NCBI GenBank assembly: GCA_964456475.1
Contig: CAYVZI010000007.1
Coordinates: 294-64,293, forward strand
From: an uncultured Candidatus Saccharibacteria bacterium
Lineage (GTDB): Bacteria > Patescibacteriota > Minisyncoccia > Phycocordibacterales > UBA9973
DNA: 64,000 nt
Reading direction: 5' to 3'
Positions 36,728 to 47,404 of the stretch are shown here, piece after piece; within the stretch, counting starts at the first letter, position 1, and each line of letters opens with the position of its first letter. A program made the position numbers and the translations under genes. A model generated the notes under the pieces. That model searched no databases. It was not told where the DNA came from and saw only the letters and a program-made list of their open reading frames with translations.

Positions 36728-39700
36728 ATGAGAGTATTTTGCACTTCATTGATGATAAAAAAAGCCTTGCGTTATATAGATATAATAAAGAGTATGGTAA
36801 ACAAAAAAAGTTTGCCGTCTTCGCGTTCTTTTTTTCCTAAACAATCTAATGTTCTTAATCTAAAAAAGAAATCGCCCATTATTGAAATCCATATTCCCGT
36901 ATTGAAAGATTTTTATTTTGAGCACAAGAATACAATTCTCAAATTTGTTTCATTTGTTGTTTGTCTTAGTATTTTGACATCATTCTTTCGAGTCAATGCA
37001 TCAACGGCAGTATTCTATCCAGAGAATTGTTTGGGTGGATGGCAACACACAAAAAATGCTCAGGGCAAGCCGAGTCTTGAAGAAGATGCACCTGCAGAAA
37101 AATTTACAATTCAAAACTCTGCAGTTCTTGGAAACTCGTCTGCTCAAATATTTTGTGGTGCTTTCGTCGGAGAAATTCCAGAAGATACAATGCCGAAGAA
37201 ATTTTTGCTTTCGTTGCGTTGGTCTGTGGATGATGGATCTGTAGTTCACCAGAATGAAACAGATATTGGGTCACCATTTGGTAGCGCAGAAAAAGTTCCT
37301 TCGTCTATTCCGGAATCAAACGCAGAAAATACTGTATCCGAACATACTACAGTTCCTACCACTGATACTGTTCCCCCAGAGGATGCAAGTGTGATTACTA
37401 TTACGCCTTCAGAATCTCAAGATGCATCATCGACATCTGAGCCCACACCTACAACTGACGGAGATCAGTCATTCCTCGATTATTTTTCACCGACAAAAGT
37501 ACATGCTGAAGATACACAATCTGACTCTGCTTCTATTCAAACGGAACAACCAGCAGTATTAGAAAATACCACAAGCACACCTTTGCAAGAAACAAACATT
37601 GTTTCGAATGATACGCCTGTCGATTCTAGTACAACTGTAGAAACAGAGTCACAATCGGAAGAAATTCAAAACAATACTAGTCTCGAAGTTTTGTCTACGC
37701 CAGAAGACGATGGAGCATTTGCTAAAGTGTCCTACACTCTTGATGGTGTCGCATGGAATACTTTGGGTAAAGTAAGTGTCGCTAACTGGAAACAGTCCAC
37801 GTTTGATATTCCACTTGGTACATGGACTGATATCTCGAAACTCCAGGTTTCGATTGATACAATTGTAAGTTATGACAAACAGCCGGTGGTGTATCTCGAT
37901 GCAATGGAGATATCTGTTGAATACGAAGAGGGAAAAATCTTTCAAAAGCCAACAGTGACGATAAAAAATGGTGATGCCCAAGTACTCGAAGGAGATACTG
38001 ATTTTTCTTCAGGCGAGGCACCGATGTTTGCTGTTGTTGACCCGAATCTTTCTCGAAGAGAACTCGCTGATTTGGTAAAGGATAAAAAAGCAGAAGTTGT
38101 TCAAGATTCAGACAAAGTTCTTTCTCCAGAACCTGAAAAGCAAGAAATTGTTCAAACAGAAACTTCAAATTCTAATACGCTTCTTGATGGTATTAAAAAT
38201 GTATTTTCTAGAGATGTTGAAAACGATACACCAAAAGAAAATAATACAGATACACAAACATCACAACCAGATCCTGTAGTAGATACTATTCCTGCTTCAG
38301 AAAGTACAAGAGAAGGTGAACAAACAGCTCCAGTCGAGGTTATTGAAGGTGCTCCTACAGAAGAGGCCGTTACTGCTCCAGAAAATCCACCAGCTGAAAC
38401 TCCAACACCGAGCGATCCTGTTGTCGCTATCTCTCAATTTTTCAAAAAGACGACTGTGTCAAAAATTGCCAGCCGTCCGCGTACATCATTGCCAAAACGA
38501 ACAGAAAATGAAAATACCCATTTATCACTTTTTGCACCGCTTGTAGCCTATGCCGAAGATATATCAGCCCGCACACCAAAAATTACCAATGCACGCGTGC
38601 TTGATTACAACGGCAACCCAACCACGATAAAAACCAAGGTTCAAACTGTCACAATCGACGGAGAGAGTCGTGACGGTGTGAGTATCGAAAAGCAGGAACG
38701 TCATTTCCGTGCAGGGCGCTATACACTCGAAGTTACCGTTGAGACCGCTACTGCAATTATTATTTCCCAACAAGATTTTACTTGGGGGGTGCTTGCAGTG
38801 AACGTAGACAAGAGTGTCTACTCTGCGGGAGATACAGCATTCCTTCAGATGGGAGTGCTTGATGACAAAGGAAATACACTCTGTGATGCACCACTTGAAC
38901 TTTCGATAAAAAGTCCTTCTGGTGCTGTGCAGCATTTTAGAACGACCGATGATACAATTCTACAAAGTAAAAAATGTGCACGAAATAATGTTGTAGAAGT
39001 CGCCGATTATTATGCTCACTATCCAATTCCTGGCGAGCCCGGTACATATATCATTCGATTGACTGCACACACCGACAACGGTACGCGTACTATTCGAGAT
39101 GTGTTTGTTGTAGGTAGTCCGGACTTTGATGTTTCCCGTGCTGCCCCAACTCGTATTTATCCATTCAGTAAATACGATTATCCAATGACGATTCGTATTA
39201 CTCCGAAGCATGATTGGTCCGGTACTGTCGTCGAAACGATTCCCGCTGGCTTTGTTATGTCTCAGCCAAAAAGTAGCCAAAAGTACGATACGCTTAAATC
39301 TACCGATGAACTCACCACTCTTACATGGGATGTTGATTTGAAAGCGGGTGAAGAAACTGTGCTCGGATATCTATTTAAGGGTCCAGAAGTGAGTCCCGAG
39401 TTTTTCTTGGTTGGACCACTCGAATTTTTTGATAAGGGCGCAGATCCCATTACTGCAATACCAGCATTCAAAGAATCTCGTTCATGGCAGATTGCAGATG
39501 ATGCAACGTGTACCGCTGCAGCGAACGGTCCTTGGAATACTTCTGGCACATGGAGTTGTGGAAACGTACCAACTTCATCAGACTCAGTTGTGATCAACGC
39601 CGGTGTTACTGTCACGATGGATGTGAATTCGGCGTCAGTGCTTGGCGTAACAATCAATGGAACACTCGATACTATTACAAGTGGAACGAGTTATTCACTT

Positions 39701-42700
39701 ACTACAACGACGCTTACTATCGGTTCGACTGGCACACTCACTGCCAATGCTTCTACGATTACACTCACTGGTACGACCGGTACGCTTTTTACAATTACAT
39801 CTGGCGGAGTCTTTACCCAAGGGACATCTGAAGTAGTGGTGACAAGCGCGTCTGGAACTCCGACACTATTGTCGGCGGCAACTACTTTTCATAGACTCAA
39901 GATCAATAGTACCGCTACGGTCATCAATGCAGGTGCGGCCATTACAATGAGTTCTGCTGATTCTGCCAATCGTCTCTACCTAGACTTTGGTGTACTCAAT
40001 GACGGCGGCAATCAAATAGTAGGAACTGCAAACGGAACGCTTGTTATAGATGGTGGTGCGGCGCTGTGTATTGGAGGCACTGCCTCTTCTACAAACGCGA
40101 CGTGTAATTCAGGTGCGACTCCAACTTCGGCAACTGTATTTCCGACGAACTATACAAATGGAAATATCACTATGAATGCTGCTGGTGGAGGTGGTTGGTA
40201 TAGTCCATCATGGGGCTATCGAACAAAGCTTACAATTGATGAATCCAAAGTTGGGTCTTCGGACAGCTCTGATTTTCCAGTTTTGGTTAGTTTGACAGAT
40301 AATCGTTTCAGAACAACCGGAAACGGTGGACATATGGGAAATGCTGGTGCCACGGACATGCTCTTTACTTCAAGTGATGGTACAACCAAGCTTAAACATG
40401 AAGTTGAATATTATGTTGCGTCGACCGGGCAGATAGTTGCCTGGGTCAAAATTCCAACACTTTCGTCTACGATAAATACAGAAATCTACATGTACTACGG
40501 CAATGCTGGTGCTGCCGCTCAAGCCGATGCCGCCAATGTGTGGACGAATGGATTTAAATCGGTGCTTCATGTCTCAGATGGAACAACTCTTTCGGCGACT
40601 GATTCCACAGGTACTTACAATGGAACTGTTTCTGGTACAACAGCTACAACAGGTCAGATTGATGGAGGAATGGCGGTAACATGCGGAAACGAAATTACTT
40701 CTCCTCAGGGTCTCTATACAATGGTAGGTGGAGGAAGTACCTATTCGCTTAGTATGTGGGTGTATCAAACATCTACTGGTAATCGATATATTTGGGATGG
40801 AGATTCTACCAACGGACTTTCTGCGTTTATGAGTATTCAAAGTGGAGTCAACCTTGAATGGGGTAATCGAGATATTGCTTCAGAAGGTATTTTATATCGT
40901 GTGTATACGGGGTTGAGTCTGGGTTCAGGTTCATGGCATCATATACTTGCTCAAAAAACGGGAAGTGGAAACAGTGGTGAGTTGTATGTAAATGGTGCTC
41001 TTAAAACCACGTATACTGGATCAATAGGTGGACTTAGTAATTCTTCAAGCGGTATGTATTGGGGTAATTACCATAATTCTGCAACTAACTGTCTTGATGG
41101 AACTATGGATGAAATGCGCATTTCGAGTACAACTCGTAGCGCGGATTGGGTTACAGCCGAATATAATAACCAAAGCTCTCCATCGACATTTTTCCTCACA
41201 CCAGCAACTGAAGAAGCGGTAGAAACAGATGCTACTGTTTACTACAATGCTGATGCGAATACTACGATTTCGAGCACACCTTCTTACCGCAATCTTGTGA
41301 TTGCTCCGCCAATAACTGGTACTCCAACGTATACCTTTGCTTCTGGTGCAACGACTATAAACGGAAATTTCACTATCAATCCGAGTGGATCAACCGCGCT
41401 CACTGTAAATATGGGTGATGATATTACTGTTGCCTCAACAAAGACGACAACTATCACGAGAACTTCCACTGCAACTTCTACGCTTGCGACCGTTTCAAAT
41501 GGTAATGATCTTTCAAGCGGAATTATTGTAATTGATACTGGTGGTACTCTTACTGCGAGTGGAACGACTTCGACGATAACACTCACAGGAACGAGTGGTA
41601 CTCTTCTCACTAACACAGGTACATTCACAGAAGGTACTTCGACTGTGGCGGTCACGAGTGCAACCGGGCCGGTCGCGTTGGTCTCAGCAGCAGAAACTTT
41701 TCATATCCTCACTATCAACTCCGCCTCGTCCAGTACTGTTGTGAACGCCACTGCCGCTGTTACGATTGCAGACGCAACAGGATCTGCACTCACGGTCACA
41801 TCCGGAGTATTTAATGATTCTGGTTTTGGGATTGCCACATCAGGTTCCACCAACAATACTTTAACTCTTGGTTCGGCGGGTACAATGTGTCTCGGTGGTG
41901 CAGCTGGTGCGAATACGGCAACGACCTGTGATACTAGTGCTACATCTACAACAACTCGTGCGATGCCGAGCTTTGCTTCTTACAGTTTTAATGCGACTTC
42001 AACAGTGGTCTATCTTTCGGATGCAGCAACAACTATCGCCAATGCGCAAACATACGGAAATCTTATTTTCCGACCTCGTTTTGTTGCGACAGCCCGTACA
42101 TATACTCTCGGTGGTGCAATGACAATTAACGGAGACTTTACGATTCAGCCGACAAACTTTGCCGCTCTTCTTACGGTGAATCCAGCGGGTAATATCACGG
42201 TCGCTTCTGGCAAGACAACAACTATCAGTTGTACAACCGCAACTTCAACGCTCGATCTTCGTCCGAGTTCGACTGACTACAATCTTTCCACTGGGCTTCT
42301 TGTTGTAGCAAGTGGTGGAACACTTGATGCGGGAAGTGCAGCTTCTGTCATTACACTTTCGGGAACTTCTGGCACACTCTTTACACGCGCAGGCACGTTT
42401 ACACAAGGAAGTTCAGTAGTAACACTTTCTGGAAACGGTGCAGCTACGATCAATTCGGGAACAATTACTTTTTACGATCTCACTCAAACTGGAACGGGAA
42501 CAAAAACGGTTGGAAGTTCATCTGCTCTTACCATCAACCACGACTTGATAATCTCTGCCGGAGAATTCGCACCAAATCTCCAGTTGGTTACCGCTAGTGG
42601 CACCAACGTTCTTTCAGTTGCTTCAGGTGCAACACTTTATGTAGATACGAGCACGTTTGCGGGAAATTATACTGGTTTTGATACGCGTACTATTTCAGCC

Positions 42701-45700
42701 GGCTCAACAGTGGATTACAAGCTTGCCGGAACACAGACTGTTGACTCCACACTCACGTACTCAAATTTGGTTATTTCCGGAGCTTCAGGCACAAAATCAC
42801 CGGATGGAAATATCACAGCAACACTCACGTTTGTACAATCTGGAGGTAATACATTTGACCTTCTTCCAGGTTCAACCGATTACAACCTCACTACTGGAAA
42901 TCTTACAATCGGCACGGGGTGTACACTCGATGGTGGAAGTTCTTCAGCAATTATCACACTCACAGGAACTTCCGGAACACTCTTTACAAAAACCGGAACA
43001 TTTACCCAAGGCACAACGACTGTTATTGCAACTTCTGCTTCGGGAACGCCGACACTCCTTTCTGCGGCAACCACATTCCATCGTTTGACGATTAACGCGG
43101 CGGCCACCGTAGTTAATGCTGGTGCAGCTATTACCATGAGTTCGACGAGCGCTCTCAATAGACTCTATATTCAAAAAGGTGTATTGAATGATGGCGGAAA
43201 TCAAATTACTGGTACTGCAAACGGGACACTCATTGTTGGTGGAAATGCAGCACTCTGTATTGGAGGTACGGCTACAGGAACGAACGCCACTTGTGATTCT
43301 GGTGCGACGCCGATTTCGGCCACGACATTCCCAACAAATTACACAAATGGAAATATCACGATATACGCATCTGCAATTGCAGGTTCATGGTACAGCAGTT
43401 CATGGGGTTACCGCACAAAAATCACCATTGACGATGCAAAAGTGTCTACGACAAATCATACAGACTTTCCAGTTTTGATTAATAGTACGAATGGAGATTG
43501 GAAATATACAGGCTCGGGAGGGAAAGTGGGCAACTCCGACGGCACAGATATTTTGTTCACATCATCTGATGGTACGACAAAACTCAAACATGAAATCGAG
43601 CGATATATATCCACGACAGGAGAGGTTATTGCTTGGGTAAAAGTTCCAACACTTACTACTTCGGGCGATACTGAACTCTATATGTATTACGGTAATGCTG
43701 GAGTTGGAGCGCAAGCAGATGCGGCAAACGTGTGGGATTCAAACTTCAAAACGGTGCTGCACCTTGGCGATGGTTCGACACTCTCTGCTGCGAGTTCGAC
43801 TGGTATAAATAATGGAACTAAAGTTGGAACTATTTCGGCACTTGAAGGAAAGATTGGTGGTGCGGCTTGTGCGAACGGAACCACACAGTGTAGTGGTACG
43901 GCGAGTACGAGCAATGGTCTTACATTTACTACGTTCTCCTCAACGACTCCGACTCTGACCGCATGGATCAAACTCGACAATGCAAGCGGATACCAAAACG
44001 TGGCGGCTCTCAACCAAACAAACGGAGTTTGGTTGAACGCCGGTAAAATGGACCTGTATACGACAGCCGACCATAATGCGAACACAAGTGTAGGTACAGG
44101 ATCGTGGGTGCATGTGGGTATGACGTATGATGGAACAACGATTCGTTACTATTACAACGGAGCTACTGATGGTACTGGCTCTGTTGCATCGTTTAACTAT
44201 CAAATCAACGGTATGTTTAAAGATGCGACTGGTACAGCTGAAACATTAAAGGGATCAATGGACGAAATTCGATTTTCAAATACCGTTCGTTCTGCCGGAT
44301 GGATTCAAACTGAATACAACACAATGAACTCACCATCGACATTCTATTCCCTTGGAGTAGAGGAAGTATATGGTGCGTCATCTGCAATTGTGTATTACAA
44401 CGCAGATGCGAATACAACGGTTTCGGCTACACCAACATATGCTGATTTGCGACTTCGACCCGTACTTACTGGAGACAAGACCTATACGGTTTCTAGTGCG
44501 CTTACAGTAAACGGTGATCTCAGTATCAACCCGAGTGGTAGTGCAAATACACTCACTGTGAATGCAGGTGGGCACATCACGCTTACGTATGGAACGACAA
44601 CCATTACAAGACAGGGAAGTAATGCGCTTTCTTCGCTTGATCTTCGTCCAAGTTCGACCGACTATAATCTTTCATCACAGTATCTGACTATCGCCACTGG
44701 CGGAACCCTCGATGCCACGAGTGCCGCTTCGACAATCACACTTACTGGAACATCAGGAACTCTTATTACATTTGGAGGAACTTTTAATGTCGGTACGTCA
44801 ACGGTTCTTATTTCTGGAAATGGTACGGCAACACTCAACTCTGGTGTGGGAAATTTCTATCACCTTACGCAGAATGCAACTGGCACAAAATCGCTTGGCG
44901 CTAATATTACGATCGATCCAGCGGCGACACTCACTATCACGCTCGGAACACTTGATACCACAGGTTCAAACTACATAATCTCTGCTGGCCATATTGATAT
45001 TGCAAACTCGGCAAGCGCAGTACTTACGGCAAATGCTTCCGCAGTTGGACTTACCGGAACATCCGGAACCCTGCTTACTCGTGGAAGCTCGGGTGTATTT
45101 ACCGCAGGAACTTCAATTGTTACTGCCTCGGGGAATGGTACGGCGACATTCAATTCGGGTACATTCACTGGTAGTAATGCGTTCAATGATCTCATTTCAA
45201 GCGGTACAGGCACAAAAACATTGGGAGCTGCTATAGATATTGGAGGCACGTTCGGTGTCACTGGAGGTACTTTTGCACTTAGCTCACACAATATAGGAGT
45301 TACTGGAGTTACAATCGGTGCCTCCGGTACTATCGATGGTGGAAGTGCAACGATTACAAACTCTGGAGGTTGGACAAATAGCGGAACTTATACATCGAGC
45401 ACCAGTACTGTTCTGTTTAATACTGCAAGTACGATTACTATTTCCGGAACAACAAGTTTCAATAATCTCACCATTACACACACTGCTGCAAAAGTGGTTA
45501 ACTTTGCGGCTTCTGGTGGTACTCCGACCTATACTGTAACTGGTGCCTTTACTGTGACAGGACATGCTGCTGCGCTCATCAAGCTTTGGTCGGCTTCTAG
45601 CGGAACAAAATGGGATTTGTTGCCGAGTGGTACGGCATCTGTTGATTATGTAGACGTTATGGACGGAGGCTGTCATTCTGGAGCAATTAATATTAATCCA

Positions 45701-46201
45701 ACAAATGCGACAAATAGTGGTAACAACGATTCATGTTGGGGATTTAACGTTGCTCCAACGATTACATTTTCAATTAATTCAAATTCCGTTCCACTCGGAA
45801 CACTTACTTCAGTTGGTACAGGATCAGGTTCACATACAATTAGTATGTCAACGAATACCGGCGCATTGCTCCTTAGTTATATTGGTGCAACACTGACGAG
45901 CGGAGCGAATACTATACCCGCATACCCCTCACTCTCTGCGTCGGTTGCTGGAACTGCTGGATTTGGAATAAATGCGGTTGATACGGCAATAAGCAATGCT
46001 TCCGGCACTTGTTCCGCAGCCATTGACTATGCGACGGCAAGCGCCTACACGTTCGTAACAGGAACTACAACTCCGTTTGTTACTTCTTCTTCTCCTGCTG
46101 ACTGTACAATCACTGCTACATATAAGGCAAACATCAGTACAGTTACTGCGGCCGGTTCGTATTCAACGGGTCTGACATATATCGTGACAGGCACATTTTA
46201 G
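36728..46201 (+). CDS. giant (3157 aa) cell-surface protein: N-terminal TM anchor, acidic S/T/P/E-rich linker, long T/G/S-rich beta-helix-like repeats, two DUF2341 + LamG (concanavalin-like) modules, and a WxL-like C-terminal domain ending TGTF
   Basis: Single uninterrupted 9.5-kb ORF. DUF2341 signature twice (SWGYRTKLTIDESKV...DFPVLV...DGTTKLKHEVEYY...AWVKIPTLS...IYMYYGNAG). LamG-like ends twice (MDEMRISSTTRSADWVTAEYNNQSSPSTF, MDEIRFSNTVRSAGWIQTEYNTMNSPSTF). ~300-aa T/G-rich repeats (LDLRPSSTDYNLS...GGTLDAGSA...TLTGTSGTLFT). The true start may be the internal Met MVNKKSLPSS. Confidence 0.8.
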   Translation: MRVFCTSLMIKKALRYIDIIKSMVNKKSLPSSRSFFPKQSNVLNLKKKSPIIEIHIPVLKDFYFEHKNTILKFVSFVVCLSILTSFFRVNASTAVFYPENCLGGWQHTKNAQGKPSLEEDAPAEKFTIQNSAVLGNSSAQIFCGAFVGEIPEDTMPKKFLLSLRWSVDDGSVVHQNETDIGSPFGSAEKVPSSIPESNAENTVSEHTTVPTTDTVPPEDASVITITPSESQDASSTSEPTPTTDGDQSFLDYFSPTKVHAEDTQSDSASIQTEQPAVLENTTSTPLQETNIVSNDTPVDSSTTVETESQSEEIQNNTSLEVLSTPEDDGAFAKVSYTLDGVAWNTLGKVSVANWKQSTFDIPLGTWTDISKLQVSIDTIVSYDKQPVVYLDAMEISVEYEEGKIFQKPTVTIKNGDAQVLEGDTDFSSGEAPMFAVVDPNLSRRELADLVKDKKAEVVQDSDKVLSPEPEKQEIVQTETSNSNTLLDGIKNVFSRDVENDTPKENNTDTQTSQPDPVVDTIPASESTREGEQTAPVEVIEGAPTEEAVTAPENPPAETPTPSDPVVAISQFFKKTTVSKIASRPRTSLPKRTENENTHLSLFAPLVAYAEDISARTPKITNARVLDYNGNPTTIKTKVQTVTIDGESRDGVSIEKQERHFRAGRYTLEVTVETATAIIISQQDFTWGVLAVNVDKSVYSAGDTAFLQMGVLDDKGNTLCDAPLELSIKSPSGAVQHFRTTDDTILQSKKCARNNVVEVADYYAHYPIPGEPGTYIIRLTAHTDNGTRTIRDVFVVGSPDFDVSRAAPTRIYPFSKYDYPMTIRITPKHDWSGTVVETIPAGFVMSQPKSSQKYDTLKSTDELTTLTWDVDLKAGEETVLGYLFKGPEVSPEFFLVGPLEFFDKGADPITAIPAFKESRSWQIADDATCTAAANGPWNTSGTWSCGNVPTSSDSVVINAGVTVTMDVNSASVLGVTINGTLDTITSGTSYSLTTTTLTIGSTGTLTANASTITLTGTTGTLFTITSGGVFTQGTSEVVVTSASGTPTLLSAATTFHRLKINSTATVINAGAAITMSSADSANRLYLDFGVLNDGGNQIVGTANGTLVIDGGAALCIGGTASSTNATCNSGATPTSATVFPTNYTNGNITMNAAGGGGWYSPSWGYRTKLTIDESKVGSSDSSDFPVLVSLTDNRFRTTGNGGHMGNAGATDMLFTSSDGTTKLKHEVEYYVASTGQIVAWVKIPTLSSTINTEIYMYYGNAGAAAQADAANVWTNGFKSVLHVSDGTTLSATDSTGTYNGTVSGTTATTGQIDGGMAVTCGNEITSPQGLYTMVGGGSTYSLSMWVYQTSTGNRYIWDGDSTNGLSAFMSIQSGVNLEWGNRDIASEGILYRVYTGLSLGSGSWHHILAQKTGSGNSGELYVNGALKTTYTGSIGGLSNSSSGMYWGNYHNSATNCLDGTMDEMRISSTTRSADWVTAEYNNQSSPSTFFLTPATEEAVETDATVYYNADANTTISSTPSYRNLVIAPPITGTPTYTFASGATTINGNFTINPSGSTALTVNMGDDITVASTKTTTITRTSTATSTLATVSNGNDLSSGIIVIDTGGTLTASGTTSTITLTGTSGTLLTNTGTFTEGTSTVAVTSATGPVALVSAAETFHILTINSASSSTVVNATAAVTIADATGSALTVTSGVFNDSGFGIATSGSTNNTLTLGSAGTMCLGGAAGANTATTCDTSATSTTTRAMPSFASYSFNATSTVVYLSDAATTIANAQTYGNLIFRPRFVATARTYTLGGAMTINGDFTIQPTNFAALLTVNPAGNITVASGKTTTISCTTATSTLDLRPSSTDYNLSTGLLVVASGGTLDAGSAASVITLSGTSGTLFTRAGTFTQGSSVVTLSGNGAATINSGTITFYDLTQTGTGTKTVGSSSALTINHDLIISAGEFAPNLQLVTASGTNVLSVASGATLYVDTSTFAGNYTGFDTRTISAGSTVDYKLAGTQTVDSTLTYSNLVISGASGTKSPDGNITATLTFVQSGGNTFDLLPGSTDYNLTTGNLTIGTGCTLDGGSSSAIITLTGTSGTLFTKTGTFTQGTTTVIATSASGTPTLLSAATTFHRLTINAAATVVNAGAAITMSSTSALNRLYIQKGVLNDGGNQITGTANGTLIVGGNAALCIGGTATGTNATCDSGATPISATTFPTNYTNGNITIYASAIAGSWYSSSWGYRTKITIDDAKVSTTNHTDFPVLINSTNGDWKYTGSGGKVGNSDGTDILFTSSDGTTKLKHEIERYISTTGEVIAWVKVPTLTTSGDTELYMYYGNAGVGAQADAANVWDSNFKTVLHLGDGSTLSAASSTGINNGTKVGTISALEGKIGGAACANGTTQCSGTASTSNGLTFTTFSSTTPTLTAWIKLDNASGYQNVAALNQTNGVWLNAGKMDLYTTADHNANTSVGTGSWVHVGMTYDGTTIRYYYNGATDGTGSVASFNYQINGMFKDATGTAETLKGSMDEIRFSNTVRSAGWIQTEYNTMNSPSTFYSLGVEEVYGASSAIVYYNADANTTVSATPTYADLRLRPVLTGDKTYTVSSALTVNGDLSINPSGSANTLTVNAGGHITLTYGTTTITRQGSNALSSLDLRPSSTDYNLSSQYLTIATGGTLDATSAASTITLTGTSGTLITFGGTFNVGTSTVLISGNGTATLNSGVGNFYHLTQNATGTKSLGANITIDPAATLTITLGTLDTTGSNYIISAGHIDIANSASAVLTANASAVGLTGTSGTLLTRGSSGVFTAGTSIVTASGNGTATFNSGTFTGSNAFNDLISSGTGTKTLGAAIDIGGTFGVTGGTFALSSHNIGVTGVTIGASGTIDGGSATITNSGGWTNSGTYTSSTSTVLFNTASTITISGTTSFNNLTITHTAAKVVNFAASGGTPTYTVTGAFTVTGHAAALIKLWSASSGTKWDLLPSGTASVDYVDVMDGGCHSGAININPTNATNSGNNDSCWGFNVAPTITFSINSNSVPLGTLTSVGTGSGSHTISMSTNTGALLLSYIGATLTSGANTIPAYPSLSASVAGTAGFGINAVDTAISNASGTCSAAIDYATASAYTFVTGTTTPFVTSSSPADCTITATYKANISTVTAAGSYSTGLTYIVTGTF

Positions 46202-46261
46202 GTTGGTATTTATACACAAATTTAATTGCGTATCTATTTTTAGACATGTTATAATAATGAT

Positions 46262-47398
46262 ATGTTACAAACATTCTCTCAAAAGTATGCGAGTAGTTTT
46301 AAAAAAATAGCTCATGTTTTGACCAACACTGTCCTTATTATCACTCTCTCGGTTGGTATGCTTGTTCCAGCCCTCACTAACGCTGCTACACTTACATCTG
46401 CAGCAGACACAATGAGCAATGAGAAAGTCAGTGCAAACTCCGATCACACATTTACTTGGACTTCTGTTGCTGCTTATGCCGCAAACGACACTATTACGAT
46501 TACATCGTCTACTGCCAACAACTATACTTCAGCCGGCTCTTGGGTGGTCGGAGACTTTCAGCTTACAATGACTGGCGGTACAAACGGCACTTCGGCAACA
46601 AACCCAGTTGCGGTAGCTTCCTCAGGACCATCATGTTCAGCTGGTGCGGGTAATTACACAGTTACTTATACGAACTCAACCAGTCCATCATTTGTTATTA
46701 CGCTTTGTAGCTCTTTTGGAACAACAAGTACAACGAGTGCTGTCACATTTAAGATCAAAGGTGCAACGGGTACAGGAACTCTTACCAACAAATCAAGTGC
46801 CGTTGCCTCAACTCTTTGGACTATCACAAACGGAGTAGGAAACACTGACAGTACAACAGTTGCAGGTGTAATTATCACCGATAACGTTGTTGTCGTTTCT
46901 GCTACTGTAAATCCAACTCTTACTTTCTCACTCGGTGCAACAACAGTTAGTCTCGGAACTCTTACTACTGGTACCACCGGTACAGGTCAACATACTCTAC
47001 TTGCAGCTACAAACGGTTCGGGTGGTCTTGCTATAACATATAGTGGAACCACACTTACTGCTACAGGAGGCACAATTGCTGCGTATGGAGCCTCAGCTGT
47101 AGTTCCTGCAGTTGGTACGGCGGGTTACGGTATTAATCTTAAAGCAAACACCAGTCCTTCGGTGGCGAGTTCAGATAACCCTATAACAAACGCTGGTGCT
47201 ACCTGTACTGCTGCAACTCCCTACAACTCTGTAAATGAGTTTGCCTTTGTTGGAGGAAGCACTATTACATCTCTAGCTTCAGCTGGTGGTGCCGCAGACT
47301 GCACCTTTCGTGTATCTTACATTGCGAATATTTCAAGTGTTACTCCATCCGGATCATATTCTTCTTCGATTAGCTACATCGCTACCGGAACATTTTAA
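46262..47398 (+). CDS. secreted T/S/G-rich protein sharing the C-terminal (WxL-like) domain of the giant protein
   Basis: Signal anchor (VLIITLSVGMLVPALTNA). The C-terminal ~150 aa aligns with the end of ORF 36728..46201 (SLGTLTTGT...GTAGYGINLK...ADCTFRVSYIANISSVTPSGSYSSSISYIATGTF versus ...ADCTITATYKANISTVTAAGSYSTGLTYIVTGTF). Confidence 0.7.
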   Translation: MLQTFSQKYASSFKKIAHVLTNTVLIITLSVGMLVPALTNAATLTSAADTMSNEKVSANSDHTFTWTSVAAYAANDTITITSSTANNYTSAGSWVVGDFQLTMTGGTNGTSATNPVAVASSGPSCSAGAGNYTVTYTNSTSPSFVITLCSSFGTTSTTSAVTFKIKGATGTGTLTNKSSAVASTLWTITNGVGNTDSTTVAGVIITDNVVVVSATVNPTLTFSLGATTVSLGTLTTGTTGTGQHTLLAATNGSGGLAITYSGTTLTATGGTIAAYGASAVVPAVGTAGYGINLKANTSPSVASSDNPITNAGATCTAATPYNSVNEFAFVGGSTITSLASAGGAADCTFRVSYIANISSVTPSGSYSSSISYIATGTF

Positions 47399-47404
47399 TT
47401 ATTT

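Noticed and set aside
36655-36840. ORF 36655..36840 upstream of and overlapping the giant gene.
   Set aside because: It lies in a different frame over the start region of ORF 36728 and is AT-rich low-complexity; it more likely belongs to the promoter and 5-prime region of the giant gene.
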